Source: Thecamonas trahens ATCC 50062 | Lineage: Eukaryota > Protista > Apusomonadida | Length of the DNA stretch: 64,000 nucleotides | Assembly: GCF_000142905.1 (NCBI RefSeq) | Contig: NW_013657672.1 | Coordinates: 204,244 to 268,243, forward strand | Direction of reading: 5' to 3' | Shown: in pieces, positions 54,593-64,000 of the stretch | Layout of the letters: every line of letters starts with the position of its first letter | How positions within the stretch are numbered: the first letter of the stretch is position 1 | Program-made: the position numbers and the translations under genes | Notes under the pieces: generated by a model | What the model saw: the letters and a program-made list of their open reading frames with translations, nothing else | Database searches by the model: none | Told to the model about the DNA's origin: nothing

Positions 54593-54625
<33 letters not shown>

Positions 54626-54667
54626 ACACCCCCCCCAGACCCAACTCGAAGGACTTGAATAGATACC

Positions 54668-56239
54668 ATGGGGCCTGTGGGCAAGATACTGCACATTGCT
54701 GCATTGCTTGTGGAGGTTGTGACGACGGCGCTGTCGCTGCTCTCGCCGCCTGACTTTGTGTGGGCAGCGCTGGGCTTTGGGGCCGACCGCCATGTGCTTG
54801 TGGCGGAACTCCCGCACGCGCTAGAGGTTGTGGGCGTGGTGCCGCAGCTGACACTGGAGCATGTAGACGGGCTCGTGGAGGAGATGCGGGCTGTGTTTCT
54901 GACGGGGCTGACGCGGCCGCTGACGAAGCGGCGCGAGCAGCTGCGTGCGCTGCGGCAGCTTGTGGTGGAGAACGAGGCTGAGATGCTGGGTGCGCTTGCG
55001 GCGGATCTGGGGCGGCCCAAGTTTGAGGGGCTCTTCTACGACGTGCTGGGGGTTGTGCACGAGATCGACCACCTCCTTGGGCACCTCGACGAGTATGCGG
55101 CGGCCGAGTGCAAGGGCATCAACCTGCTCTCGTTCCCGGCGTCGAGCTACATTGTGAAGGAGCCGTTCGGGACGGCACTTGTGATTGGGACGTGGAACTT
55201 TCCGTTCCAGCTCGCGCTCGTGCCGATGGCTGGCGCGATTGCTGCGGGCAACAACGTGGTGCTCAAGCCCTGCAATGTGGCGCCCGCGACGGCGGCGCTG
55301 CTGGAGAGGCTGCTTGCGACGTACATGGACCCGCGGGTGGTGTCTGTCATCGGCCCGGCGATGAAGGGAGACCGGACGACGACGGCGGCGCTGCTGGAAC
55401 ACAAGTGGGACAAAATCTTCTTCACTGGCTCACCGACGGTGGGCAAGGTTGTGGCGCGGGCTGCGGCGGAGCACCTGACGCCAGTCACGCTTGAGCTTGG
55501 CGGGAAGAACCCAGTGTTTGTGGATGCGTCGGCGGACATTGCGCTGGCGGCTAAGCGGACGGTTTGGGGTCGTGGCATGAACGCCGGACAGCAGTGCATC
55601 TCGCCGGACTATGTGCTTGCGCACGAGTCTGTGGCGCGGGCTATGGCCGAGGTGATGGGGCAGTGGATGGGGCAGTTTTACGCCTCCGAGGCCGATGTGG
55701 GGCGGATTGTGGGCGACTCGCAGATGCGGCGGATCGTGAACATGCTCGAAGAGAGCGGCGGCGAGGTCATCCATGGTGGACACTATGACCTCAAGTCGCG
55801 GTACTTTGAGCCGACCGTGGTCATGGTTCCGATGGACTCCCCAGCGCTTGACGACGAGACGTTTGGCCCGATTCTGTGGGTTGTGAGCGTGCCCTCGATG
55901 GACGCGGCCATCCACCACGTCAACTCGCGGCCAAAGCCGCTCTCGCTCTACGTCTTTGCCAACGACCAGGACGTGGCGCAGCGGATTGTGACCAACACCT
56001 CGGCTGGTGGCTGCACCATCAACGCCACGCTCTTCCACTGCACCCATCCCGAGCTGCCATTTGGGGGCGTCGGCGAGTCGGGCTCGGGCGCGTACCACGG
56101 CAAGGCCACCTTTGACACCTTTACCCACGAGAAGCCGGTCCTTCGCAAGATGTTTGGCTTCTTTGATCCGTTCTTCCTCTATCCGCCGTGGACCGACTTT
56201 AAGGTCACTGTCCTGCGCTTCCTCGCCAAGCTGGTGTGA
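54668..56239 (+). CDS. Aldehyde dehydrogenase family 3 with hydrophobic N-terminal extension
   Basis: IGTWNFP, FFTGS, TLELGGKNP, NAGQQCISPDY, ETFGP, PKPLSLY, PFGGVGESG. Confidence 0.95.
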   Translation: MGPVGKILHIAALLVEVVTTALSLLSPPDFVWAALGFGADRHVLVAELPHALEVVGVVPQLTLEHVDGLVEEMRAVFLTGLTRPLTKRREQLRALRQLVVENEAEMLGALAADLGRPKFEGLFYDVLGVVHEIDHLLGHLDEYAAAECKGINLLSFPASSYIVKEPFGTALVIGTWNFPFQLALVPMAGAIAAGNNVVLKPCNVAPATAALLERLLATYMDPRVVSVIGPAMKGDRTTTAALLEHKWDKIFFTGSPTVGKVVARAAAEHLTPVTLELGGKNPVFVDASADIALAAKRTVWGRGMNAGQQCISPDYVLAHESVARAMAEVMGQWMGQFYASEADVGRIVGDSQMRRIVNMLEESGGEVIHGGHYDLKSRYFEPTVVMVPMDSPALDDETFGPILWVVSVPSMDAAIHHVNSRPKPLSLYVFANDQDVAQRIVTNTSAGGCTINATLFHCTHPELPFGGVGESGSGAYHGKATFDTFTHEKPVLRKMFGFFDPFFLYPPWTDFKVTVLRFLAKLV

Positions 56240-56616
56240 GCACTCGGGATGAGACGATAAAGGACGTGGTGTTTTTCGATGCGCGGGCACGTGTTGGACA
56301 CACTCTCATGCCGTCCAACGCGACGCGAGTCCGCTCGTCCTCCACCTGACTCTGAGACTTGGCGTCCTCGAGTCAGGGCTTTTCAGACATCCCAAGCACA
56401 CGCACGCGCACACACCTGCCCTACTAGGCAGCTCTCAAACGCGTCACTCGGGTAGACGTGACTGACTTGGGGGTGCTGTGGCTATTGCTGCAGGTGGTGG
56501 TGGCAAAGGAGGCGAAAAGGCGTGCCAAGGGCGCGAGTCGGATTCTGCGAGGCGCAAGCTCGTAGCGAGCGAGGCAAGAGGGGACGGCGGTAGCAGAGCG
56601 AGGCGAAACGGGTAGG

Positions 56617-57810
56617 ATGCTGACGGTGGACGAAGGGCAGCGGCTGCTCCGCTTGCTTCGTGTCATGTCGTATGCGTCGCTGGTCTCTTCGTTTCTGGTC
56701 GTGCTTACGTTTGCGGTGTTCCCAACGAAGCGGTCGTCGCTGGGGCAAGTCCTCACGCTCTGTTTCTGCCTCTCTGCACTCGGGCTCACCGTTGGGCTGC
56801 TGATCAGCACGTCGTGGGTGTCGCTCGAACAAGTGTTTGCCTCACGGTCTCTTTGCCATTTGCAAGCGGTGTTCATCCAGTTCTTTGGCTCGTCATGCAT
56901 CATTTTCTTTCTGCTCATCGCAGTCAACCTCTACCGCATGGTGGTGCGAAAGGGCCTGCACGTGCTGTCTCTGACACGGCGGGCAGCAGCGCTTGAGCAG
57001 CGGCGGGCAGATGCACTCTCTGTGGTCTTTACATGGCCTGTGCAGGTCTCGATCGGGTTTATGTACGCGGTAGTCATGACGCTCATTCCGCTAGTGGCCA
57101 ATGGCTTTGGCCCGCACCACATGTACTGCTGGATTTCAGGCGACGACTGGGGCTTTATCTTTGGTACGCTCTACGCTGAGATGCTCGGCTGCCTGCTTGT
57201 GGGTGGCTTTCTCTGGCTGCGGATCGTGTATCTTGCGCAGCGGATCCACGCGTTGGCGGCGAAGCGGTCGGCGGCGCAGCGCGAACGGGCCAAGCTTCTG
57301 GACCGCAACTCACGAAGCGGGATGGCTTCAAGTCACGCCTCGGCCCCACTGCTAGGCTCGCCGGCGGGTGGAAACGCAAGTCTGCCGGGTGTGACTAGCG
57401 GAAGCATGCGGAGCGAGGCCTCGCCGCCGATGGCGCTCCTCGGCTCACCGCACCCGCCGACAGCAACGATTTCGACGGCAGGCTCATCAGGCAACTCGTC
57501 GGGCCTGATGGTGGCGCGGCACCTTGCATTTGTTGCTTGGTTTGCCATTGTTTTCTCCATCATGGCCTCCAACGAACTGTACATGTACTCGGGCCACATC
57601 TCGTACACCTTTTGGGTTTTTCACGTCCTCGCCCTTGGTGGCATCGGCGTTTCGACGCTGATCACATGCGGCTGCTCCAAACTCAACTATCGGCTCTGGC
57701 GCAATCTGATCGTCTCGTGCTGGTCGTCGCCTACCGCCGTCTCGGCAGTTAACTCCCCTGGCCTGCCGTATGCCCAGACCTCACCGTACGGCTCGACACG
57801 GCGGTCGTAG
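56617..57810 (+). CDS. GPCR of the cAMP-receptor-like (Dicty_CAR/Crl/GPR157) type
   Basis: Seven TMs, SLVSSFLVVLTF, LCHLQAVFIQFF...IAVNLY, ECL2 GPHHMYCWI. Confidence 0.8.
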   Translation: MLTVDEGQRLLRLLRVMSYASLVSSFLVVLTFAVFPTKRSSLGQVLTLCFCLSALGLTVGLLISTSWVSLEQVFASRSLCHLQAVFIQFFGSSCIIFFLLIAVNLYRMVVRKGLHVLSLTRRAAALEQRRADALSVVFTWPVQVSIGFMYAVVMTLIPLVANGFGPHHMYCWISGDDWGFIFGTLYAEMLGCLLVGGFLWLRIVYLAQRIHALAAKRSAAQRERAKLLDRNSRSGMASSHASAPLLGSPAGGNASLPGVTSGSMRSEASPPMALLGSPHPPTATISTAGSSGNSSGLMVARHLAFVAWFAIVFSIMASNELYMYSGHISYTFWVFHVLALGGIGVSTLITCGCSKLNYRLWRNLIVSCWSSPTAVSAVNSPGLPYAQTSPYGSTRRS

Positions 57811-58381
57811 TGGTTGCTGTTAGCGCGCGTAGACACGCGCGGGGTCCGGGTACGGAATTTAACGAAAGAAAAGAAGCTCAGGCCGTAGACGAGCTTTGTG
57901 GCCTGATCTGTGCAAACAAAGTGGTGGAGAGCGAGTTGGTCGGTCACCGGGCTGTGCAGAGGAGAGGAGTTGGTCGATGGTAGAACACCCCTTGGGAAAG
58001 CAGGGGGGGGGGGGGGGCACTGCCGTCGTCGACGATGGAGACCTTTCTGGTGCTGGATTGGTCCTACCCCGCGGTTGAGGGGGGCGATCTGTGATGGGCA
58101 TGAGCCTAACGGACGTGAGCCTTACGGTCAAGACTGAGACAATGACCCCTGCCAACATCGAGGAACGACCGACTTAATGAGATTAGCCCAACCGAGTTGG
58201 TTGTCCTCATTCAACACATCAACCTCTCAACGTTGGACAACACGGTTGCCCAACATGCACAGCAGGAATTGTCCTGTTCAACACTGGGGCAGCTTTTTCC
58301 GGAATCGCCAATACAGGACGTCCTGCCCGCGCCACGGTGCCGCGGTGGCGACGTGCTCTCAGCACTTGACTCCAAAATCTC

Positions 58382-61300
58382 ATGTCCGACTCGGAGTACG
58401 GTTCGTGCTCGGGTTCCGACTCGGGCTCGGGCTCGGGCACGGGCTCGAGCTCCGAGGCATGCGAGGCCGAGTCGTCGAGCACGCCGTCGCGGTTTTCATA
58501 CCTTAAGGGCTTTGATCTTTCACTCAATCAGCTGGATGAGTACTTTCCGCCGATGGTGTTTGAGATGAAGTCGATGGAGTGGTACGTGGCCTGAGAGCGA
58601 GTGGGTGTGCGAGGGAGCTGCCATCATCACGCATGAGCCGGCTGGCGACCAAGCAACCGGGGCTGTGAGGCCGAGACCCTGCCGCAGGTGCCGCTGCAGG
58701 TGCCGCCGCAGGTGGAGAGGATAGAAAAGAGCTGGTGCAGCATGCGGCGCGATAGTGCGAGTTGGCGGTAGGGGCGTGCCTGCGTGCTACAGGGTGCAAA
58801 GAGCCACCAAGAAGACTTTGGGCTCGCGTACATGTTTTTTGCCTTCACCCGAATCCATTGGCACGCGAGTCAGCTGGCTGAACGGCAGGGTGGGGCGGTG
58901 CAGAGACGGGGCAGCGAGGAGTGGGGCAGGGCAGGGAAGACTCACGGTGCGCGCACGGGGTCGGGGCTCTGGGTCGACAACAGGTTGCGACTGAAGCACA
59001 ACAACTTGGAGGCCCTGCCGGAGCAGCTGTGGCAGCTCACCAACTTGGACCGGCTGGACATTGGGTGCAACGCACTGGCGCAGCTTCCGGACCACATCAC
59101 GAGCCTAACCAAGCTGGAGACGGTCTCGCTGCGGCACAACAAGTTTGGCGAGGACCCGAGTATTCCGCACGAGGGGCTTGTGCCGGGCTTGTTTGAGCTT
59201 GCCGGCTTGCGGCGGGTGAACCTCGCGTACAACTCGCTGACGGCGGTGCCGTCGTCGCTGCTCAAGCCGCCGCTGCCAAAGACGGCCATGCTGGTCATCT
59301 CGCTGGCGCACAACAAGCTGACCTCGATTCCGCGGGCGTTTTGTTCGGCCTTTCCCAACCTTCAGATCCTGGACCTGCGGCACAACGAGCTGACGGCTGC
59401 GCCGGTGGACTTGCACCTCTGCCCCAAGCTCGACTCGCTGCTCCTCGGCTTTAACAAGCTGCCGTACGTCGACTGGATGGTGTGCCAAGCTGTCAAGCTG
59501 CGGACGCTGGACGTGTCCGGCAACACGCTGACGGTGGACGACATACCCGACGCACTGTCGCGGCTGACGGCGCTAACGACCCTCCATCTCGAGGACAACA
59601 AGCTGAGCGCGATTCCGCCTGCTTTGTACTCGCTGGTCAACCTCCAGCACCTCAACTTGTCGGGCAACTCGATCGATTACTTTGACGCCGACATCAAGGC
59701 TATGACCGGGCTGCGGTCGCTCAACCTCTCGCGCAACGGGTTCCACAAGCTCCCACCGATGCTCTGCCGCATCACTTCGCTCGTTCGACTCGATCTCAAC
59801 GGCAACGAGCTGACCGGCGACGGCATCTCGCTTTCGATGCGATACCTGACAAACCTGGAGGTACTTTCGCTCTCGAACAACAAGCTCGAGACGGTCCCGC
59901 GTGCCCTGTTCATCTGCTCATCGCTGGTCAAGCTTGACCTGTCGTACAATGGGCTTAAGACGGTACCGTCTGCGGTGTACAAGCTGACCAAGCTGAAGAA
60001 CCTCAACGTGACCGGCAACCCCGAGTTTGTCATGCCGCGGCGGCGCGAGGTACCCGCAGGCTATTTTACCGTCGACGAGGAACATCTCAAGCACATCATT
60101 GTGACCCAGAAGGAGAAACTGGCTGCCAAGGCGGCGCGCAACCGCACCCGGCGAGCCGCGGCGCTGCGTGGCGGCGCGTCCGGCGTGCTTGATGCAAAGA
60201 GCGAAGCTGCTATGCTCGGCGCGCGTCGGCGGGCTGCGGCGCTGTCGTCGACGTCCGCGGCTGCATTTGTCTCGGCGATGGCAGCGAACACAAACCATCA
60301 GTCGATCGACTTTGACGATGATGATGACGATGACGATGACGACGACGACGACGGCGCCGGCCAAGGTGACGTCGCAGAAAGTCAAGATCAGGGCGAAGGA
60401 GCTAGTGGCGCCGATGCCGGACTTGCGATAGGCGAGCGTGCAGGCTCGCGACCAAGCTCGTGTGCGTTTGTCAACAAGCGGCTCTCGACGCTCTCCGCGA
60501 GCTCGTTCAGCTCTGGACGGCGGATGTCGTGGTCGATGCAGGCGCGCAAGCTTGTGGACTCGGACTCGGACGACGAGGACGAGGAGGATGCGGCGGCCGA
60601 AGCCGAGGCGCTGCTTGTGGCCGAGGCTGCAGCGGCCGAAGCGCGGTCGTGGCAGAACATTATCCAACGTCCCAAGATGGACTACTCGGAAGTCTTTGGC
60701 GAGATCGAGGCCGAGGAAGGGTGACGGTGTGGCGGGTGGAAAAGTTCCAGCCGATAGAGCTGGACGAAGACGAGTACGGGATTTTCTACTCGGGTGAGGC
60801 GTACCTCATTCTTGCTGGCGAGTGGAACGAGGAGCTGGACAACCTCGAGTACCGGGTCCTGTTTTGGATTGGCAACGAGTCGCCACTGGACAAGCGGGCA
60901 TGCGTGGCGATGCACGCGGTCCAGCTGTGTGCGTACATAGGAACGCGCGAGAACTCGATCCGCGAGGAAGAGGGCGACGAGTCGGAGGTCTTCAAGCGAG
61001 TCTTTGCCGCCTTTGACCTCGAGTACGAGGACGGGTGCTACTTTGAGTCCATGCTTGACAAGGTTGTCTCCAAGAGCTTCTCGCCCAAGCTCTACTCGAT
61101 TTGTCCGACGACGCATCGGCCGCTACTGATTGACTTTGACCTTGAGGCCATGGCCACCAACGACGTGTTTGTGCTCGACACTGGCGATGTCATCTACCAC
61201 CTCAACGGCAAGGACGCAACGTTGGTGCACCGCGCTGTGGCGCGGCTTTTCTGTGACGACCTCGCCAAGGAGCGCAAGGAGGGCCACGTCCGCATTGTGG

Positions 61301-64000
61301 ATGTGGTCGACGCCAAGGCTGCGCGCTCGGCCGACTATGACGAGTTTGTCTCGTACTTTGACGACGATGATGACGACGATGAGTACGAGTACGAGGAGGT
61401 CGACGACGACGACGACAACGACGAGGCTGGTGATGATGCACTTGCCAACGCTGACGAGGCCGTGGACGACGGAGGCGTCGAAAGCGGAGCTGAAAGCAAA
61501 AGCGACGGTGACGACGAAGCCAGCGTTGGATCTGAAGATGGAGTGCCGTCACATGGCAAGGCGGCAGCAGAGGCAAAGAGCGCGACAGGAGCGGCCACAA
61601 CAACGGCGCCGGCCAGCGAAAGACCTGGCCATGCGAGCGCGGCCGAGAAGGAGAACGTCCGCGCCAACCTGTACCAAGTCGACGTCGGCTCATGCCTGGA
61701 GCTTCCACAAGTGGACGGCAAGCTCTCGCGGACGATGCTCAAGTCCGAGTCTGCATACATTCTCGACTGCCGGACAGAGCTGTACGTGTGGCTGGGCAAG
61801 AAGACGCGGCGGCTGCAGAAGCGGGCTGCGCTGGCGTTTGTGCGCAACTTTCTCATCATCTTTAAGCGGCCCGAGTGGACGACGATGACGCGGGTGCTCG
61901 AGTCTGCCGAGCCGATGGTGTTCAAGTCCAAGTTTTCGGACTGGTTCAATACGGACGGGCTGAAGGTCAACTACGGACGGACGCTCCGCGGGCGCGGAGC
62001 CGAGGAGGATGCGATGTCGCTAACTGCGATCGGCGGGCACACCCACGCGTACGACATGCCGCAGCGGGCCCAGATGAGGTTCAACATCTCGGAGCTCTTT
62101 GCTCCGCCGCTGGAAGCCGCGGGCGGCAACGGCACGAGTGGCAACAGCAACGGACACGGGAGCAACGGGCATAGTGGCCATGGGGCTACTAACGGGCACG
62201 CCAATGGGATCGCCAACGGACGCGGAAGCGGACGCGGAAGCGGAAGCGGGAGCGGAAGCGGAAGCGGAAGCGGAAGCTCTGGCATCAGCTTCAGCTCGGG
62301 CGAGTCGGTGGTGTACAAGGGTGTGTTTAATGGCTCACGCTTTGTAGACGTCAAGCACGAGGCAGTAGGCGAGTTTTACTCGCACGCGGCGTATGTGCTT
62401 GTCTCAGCTGGCGACGACAGGCGGAGTGCGACGGCGTACTTTTGGGAAGGCGCACACGCACCAAAGAAGGCCTGGCTCGCGTTTCAGTTTGGGACTGCGG
62501 CGTATGTGGAGCGGCTGCTTGACCTCGGCTTTGGCGTCCACACGCGACCGACTCGCGTGACACAGCAGCACGAGCCGCCGGCGCTTCTCTCTGCGCTCGG
62601 CTCTGCCGTAGTGGTCTACAACTCGACTCGCGAGGCTTGGCCAGACGAGATCAACGGCCTGGCGAATCGCGACGAGCTTGCACCCGAGGACGACGAGTAC
62701 TACTCGGACGACGAGGATGGCGATGGCGGCATCGGAGCTGATGGCGACGGCAGCGGCAACGACGACGACGACGACGACGACGATGAGTACGTGTACGAGG
62801 AGGTGGACGACGACGACGATGATGATGACGACGACGACGACGACGATGATGACGACGACGATGAGGTCTTTGTTCAGGTTGCGCGGCGGCGGGCAAAGGC
62901 TGCCGGCAAGGATCCCGAGGAAGCCGAGGAAAAGGCACGCGAGCTGCTTGCAGCGCGGCGGGCAGCGGCCGACAACGAGGACGATGACGGTGACGAGGAG
63001 AGCGATGACGAGGACGACGAGGAGATGGACTCTGACCTCGAGGGCGCGTCATCGTCGGGCTCGACTGTGGAAGGCAGCGAGCTCGGTGTGATGGAGACAT
63101 CGTTTGCAGCGGCGACGGCCGGAGTGTGGCGGCGGTCGATGGCTGTCGAGGCCGAGGCGCCGGTCAAGAAGCGGCGGCGACGGCGGCGGCGAATCAAGCA
63201 GAAGGTTGCGGTGGAGCTGTCAACGGTCGTGGATGCTACGCGTAAGGCCAGCGAGGCCCAGCGATGGACAACACCGCGGCTGTTCCAAGTCCAAGTCGTG
63301 CCGACAGCCTCGGGTGCGGCGGTGCGGGTGCTGCAAGTTGAGGCGCGGACCTCTGTGCTCCGCGCAGCGCCATCCGCCACGTTTGTGCTCCGCGCCCGGA
63401 ACCGAGTTCTTGTCCGCGGCGAGCTTGCGAATGCGTCACTGCTGGAGGCAGCAGTAGGCATGGTCGATGTGTGCGGGACGGCAAGCGTGAAGCATGTGAC
63501 CGGCGCAGTTCCGAGTGCGATGGCGGAGCATTTGACGGTCGACGACGCCGCCGCCAGCGCTTCCAAGGTCGACAACAGCAGCAGGGACGTCGGAAGCGGT
63601 GGAAACCAAGGGAGCGGGCGGCTGTTTGCGGCCGAGCTCGCGGCTAACGTGTTTTCGCTCACCGAGGTTATCGACTACTCGCAGGGCGATCTCGAGGACC
63701 GTGCCGTGGCGCTTGTGGACTCGGGAGCCGGCCCGGTGTATGTGTGGACTGGGAGCCGCGCGGCAGAGAAAAAGGTGCGACTGGCGCGGGCGGCAGCTGA
63801 GGCGTTTGCCGAAGCAACCGGCCGATGTGGGCGAGTTGTGTCGGTGGCGCAGGGCGATGAGCCTGTCGAGTTCCAGGCGCTCTTCCTGGGGTGGGACGCG
63901 TCGCTGTTTGAGTCCCAGTTTGTGGATCCGTACGCGGAGCGGTGGGAGGCAGTGGTTGCGAGCTGGCGCGAGGCCGCGCGGGCAACAGCACGGCGACGGG
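58382..64000 (+). CDS. FLII: Flightless-I-like protein (LRR plus gelsolin repeats); exons 58382-58581 and 58984->64000; -1 frameshift at 60719-60721; runs off the right edge
   Basis: LKGFDLSLNQLDEYFPPMVFEMKSME|WLRLKHNNLEALPE LRRs; RPKMDYSEVF..G/VTVWRVEKFQP..FYSGEAYLIL..FWIGNESPLDKRACVAMHAVQL..IREEEGDESEVF, colinear with FliI gelsolin repeat 1. The frame stays open from 60721 to the window end. Confidence 0.9.

Noticed and set aside
51765-57810. Channel + ALDH + cAMP-receptor-like GPCR as a cAMP-sensing operon
   Set aside because: These are eukaryotic monocistronic genes, the channel's CNBDs lack cNMP-binding residues, and CAR-like family membership does not imply a cAMP ligand. Adjacency alone is insufficient.

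Overview
GC-rich, gene-dense eukaryotic nuclear DNA from a draft assembly (100-N gap at 40803-40902). It carries about 32 protein-coding genes, mostly with zero or one spliceosomal intron. All ten introns I could reconstruct have a GTACGY donor, and most lie near the 5' end. Gene content and compactness suggest a unicellular amorphean/obazoan protist such as the apusomonad Thecamonas (inference, not verified). Housekeeping genes include Set2, FEN1, thymidylate kinase, prefoldin, GAA1, REX4-like exonuclease, TEY MAPK, ALDH3, a USP and a cyclin. The highlights are as follows. (1) A ~2800-aa Sema-less plexin-like receptor (signal peptide, C-type lectin, EGF, bacterial-like domain, 15 Ig-like repeats, PSI/IPT, TM, RasGAP with a ~100-aa insert) lies 178 bp upstream of an intron-split ILK-like gene. 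(2) A tail-to-tail pair of candidate gustatory-receptor-like 7TM ion channels, one hidden by a frameshift. (3) An M60/TCAF-like protein that has lost HExxH. (4) A CNG/KCNH-like channel with an aberrant pore and degenerate CNBDs. (5) Eight frameshifts in six genes, all in the -1 direction, most likely assembly errors. All protein calls come from motif recognition by eye; no database searches were run. No rRNA, tRNA, CRISPR or mobile element was recognised.
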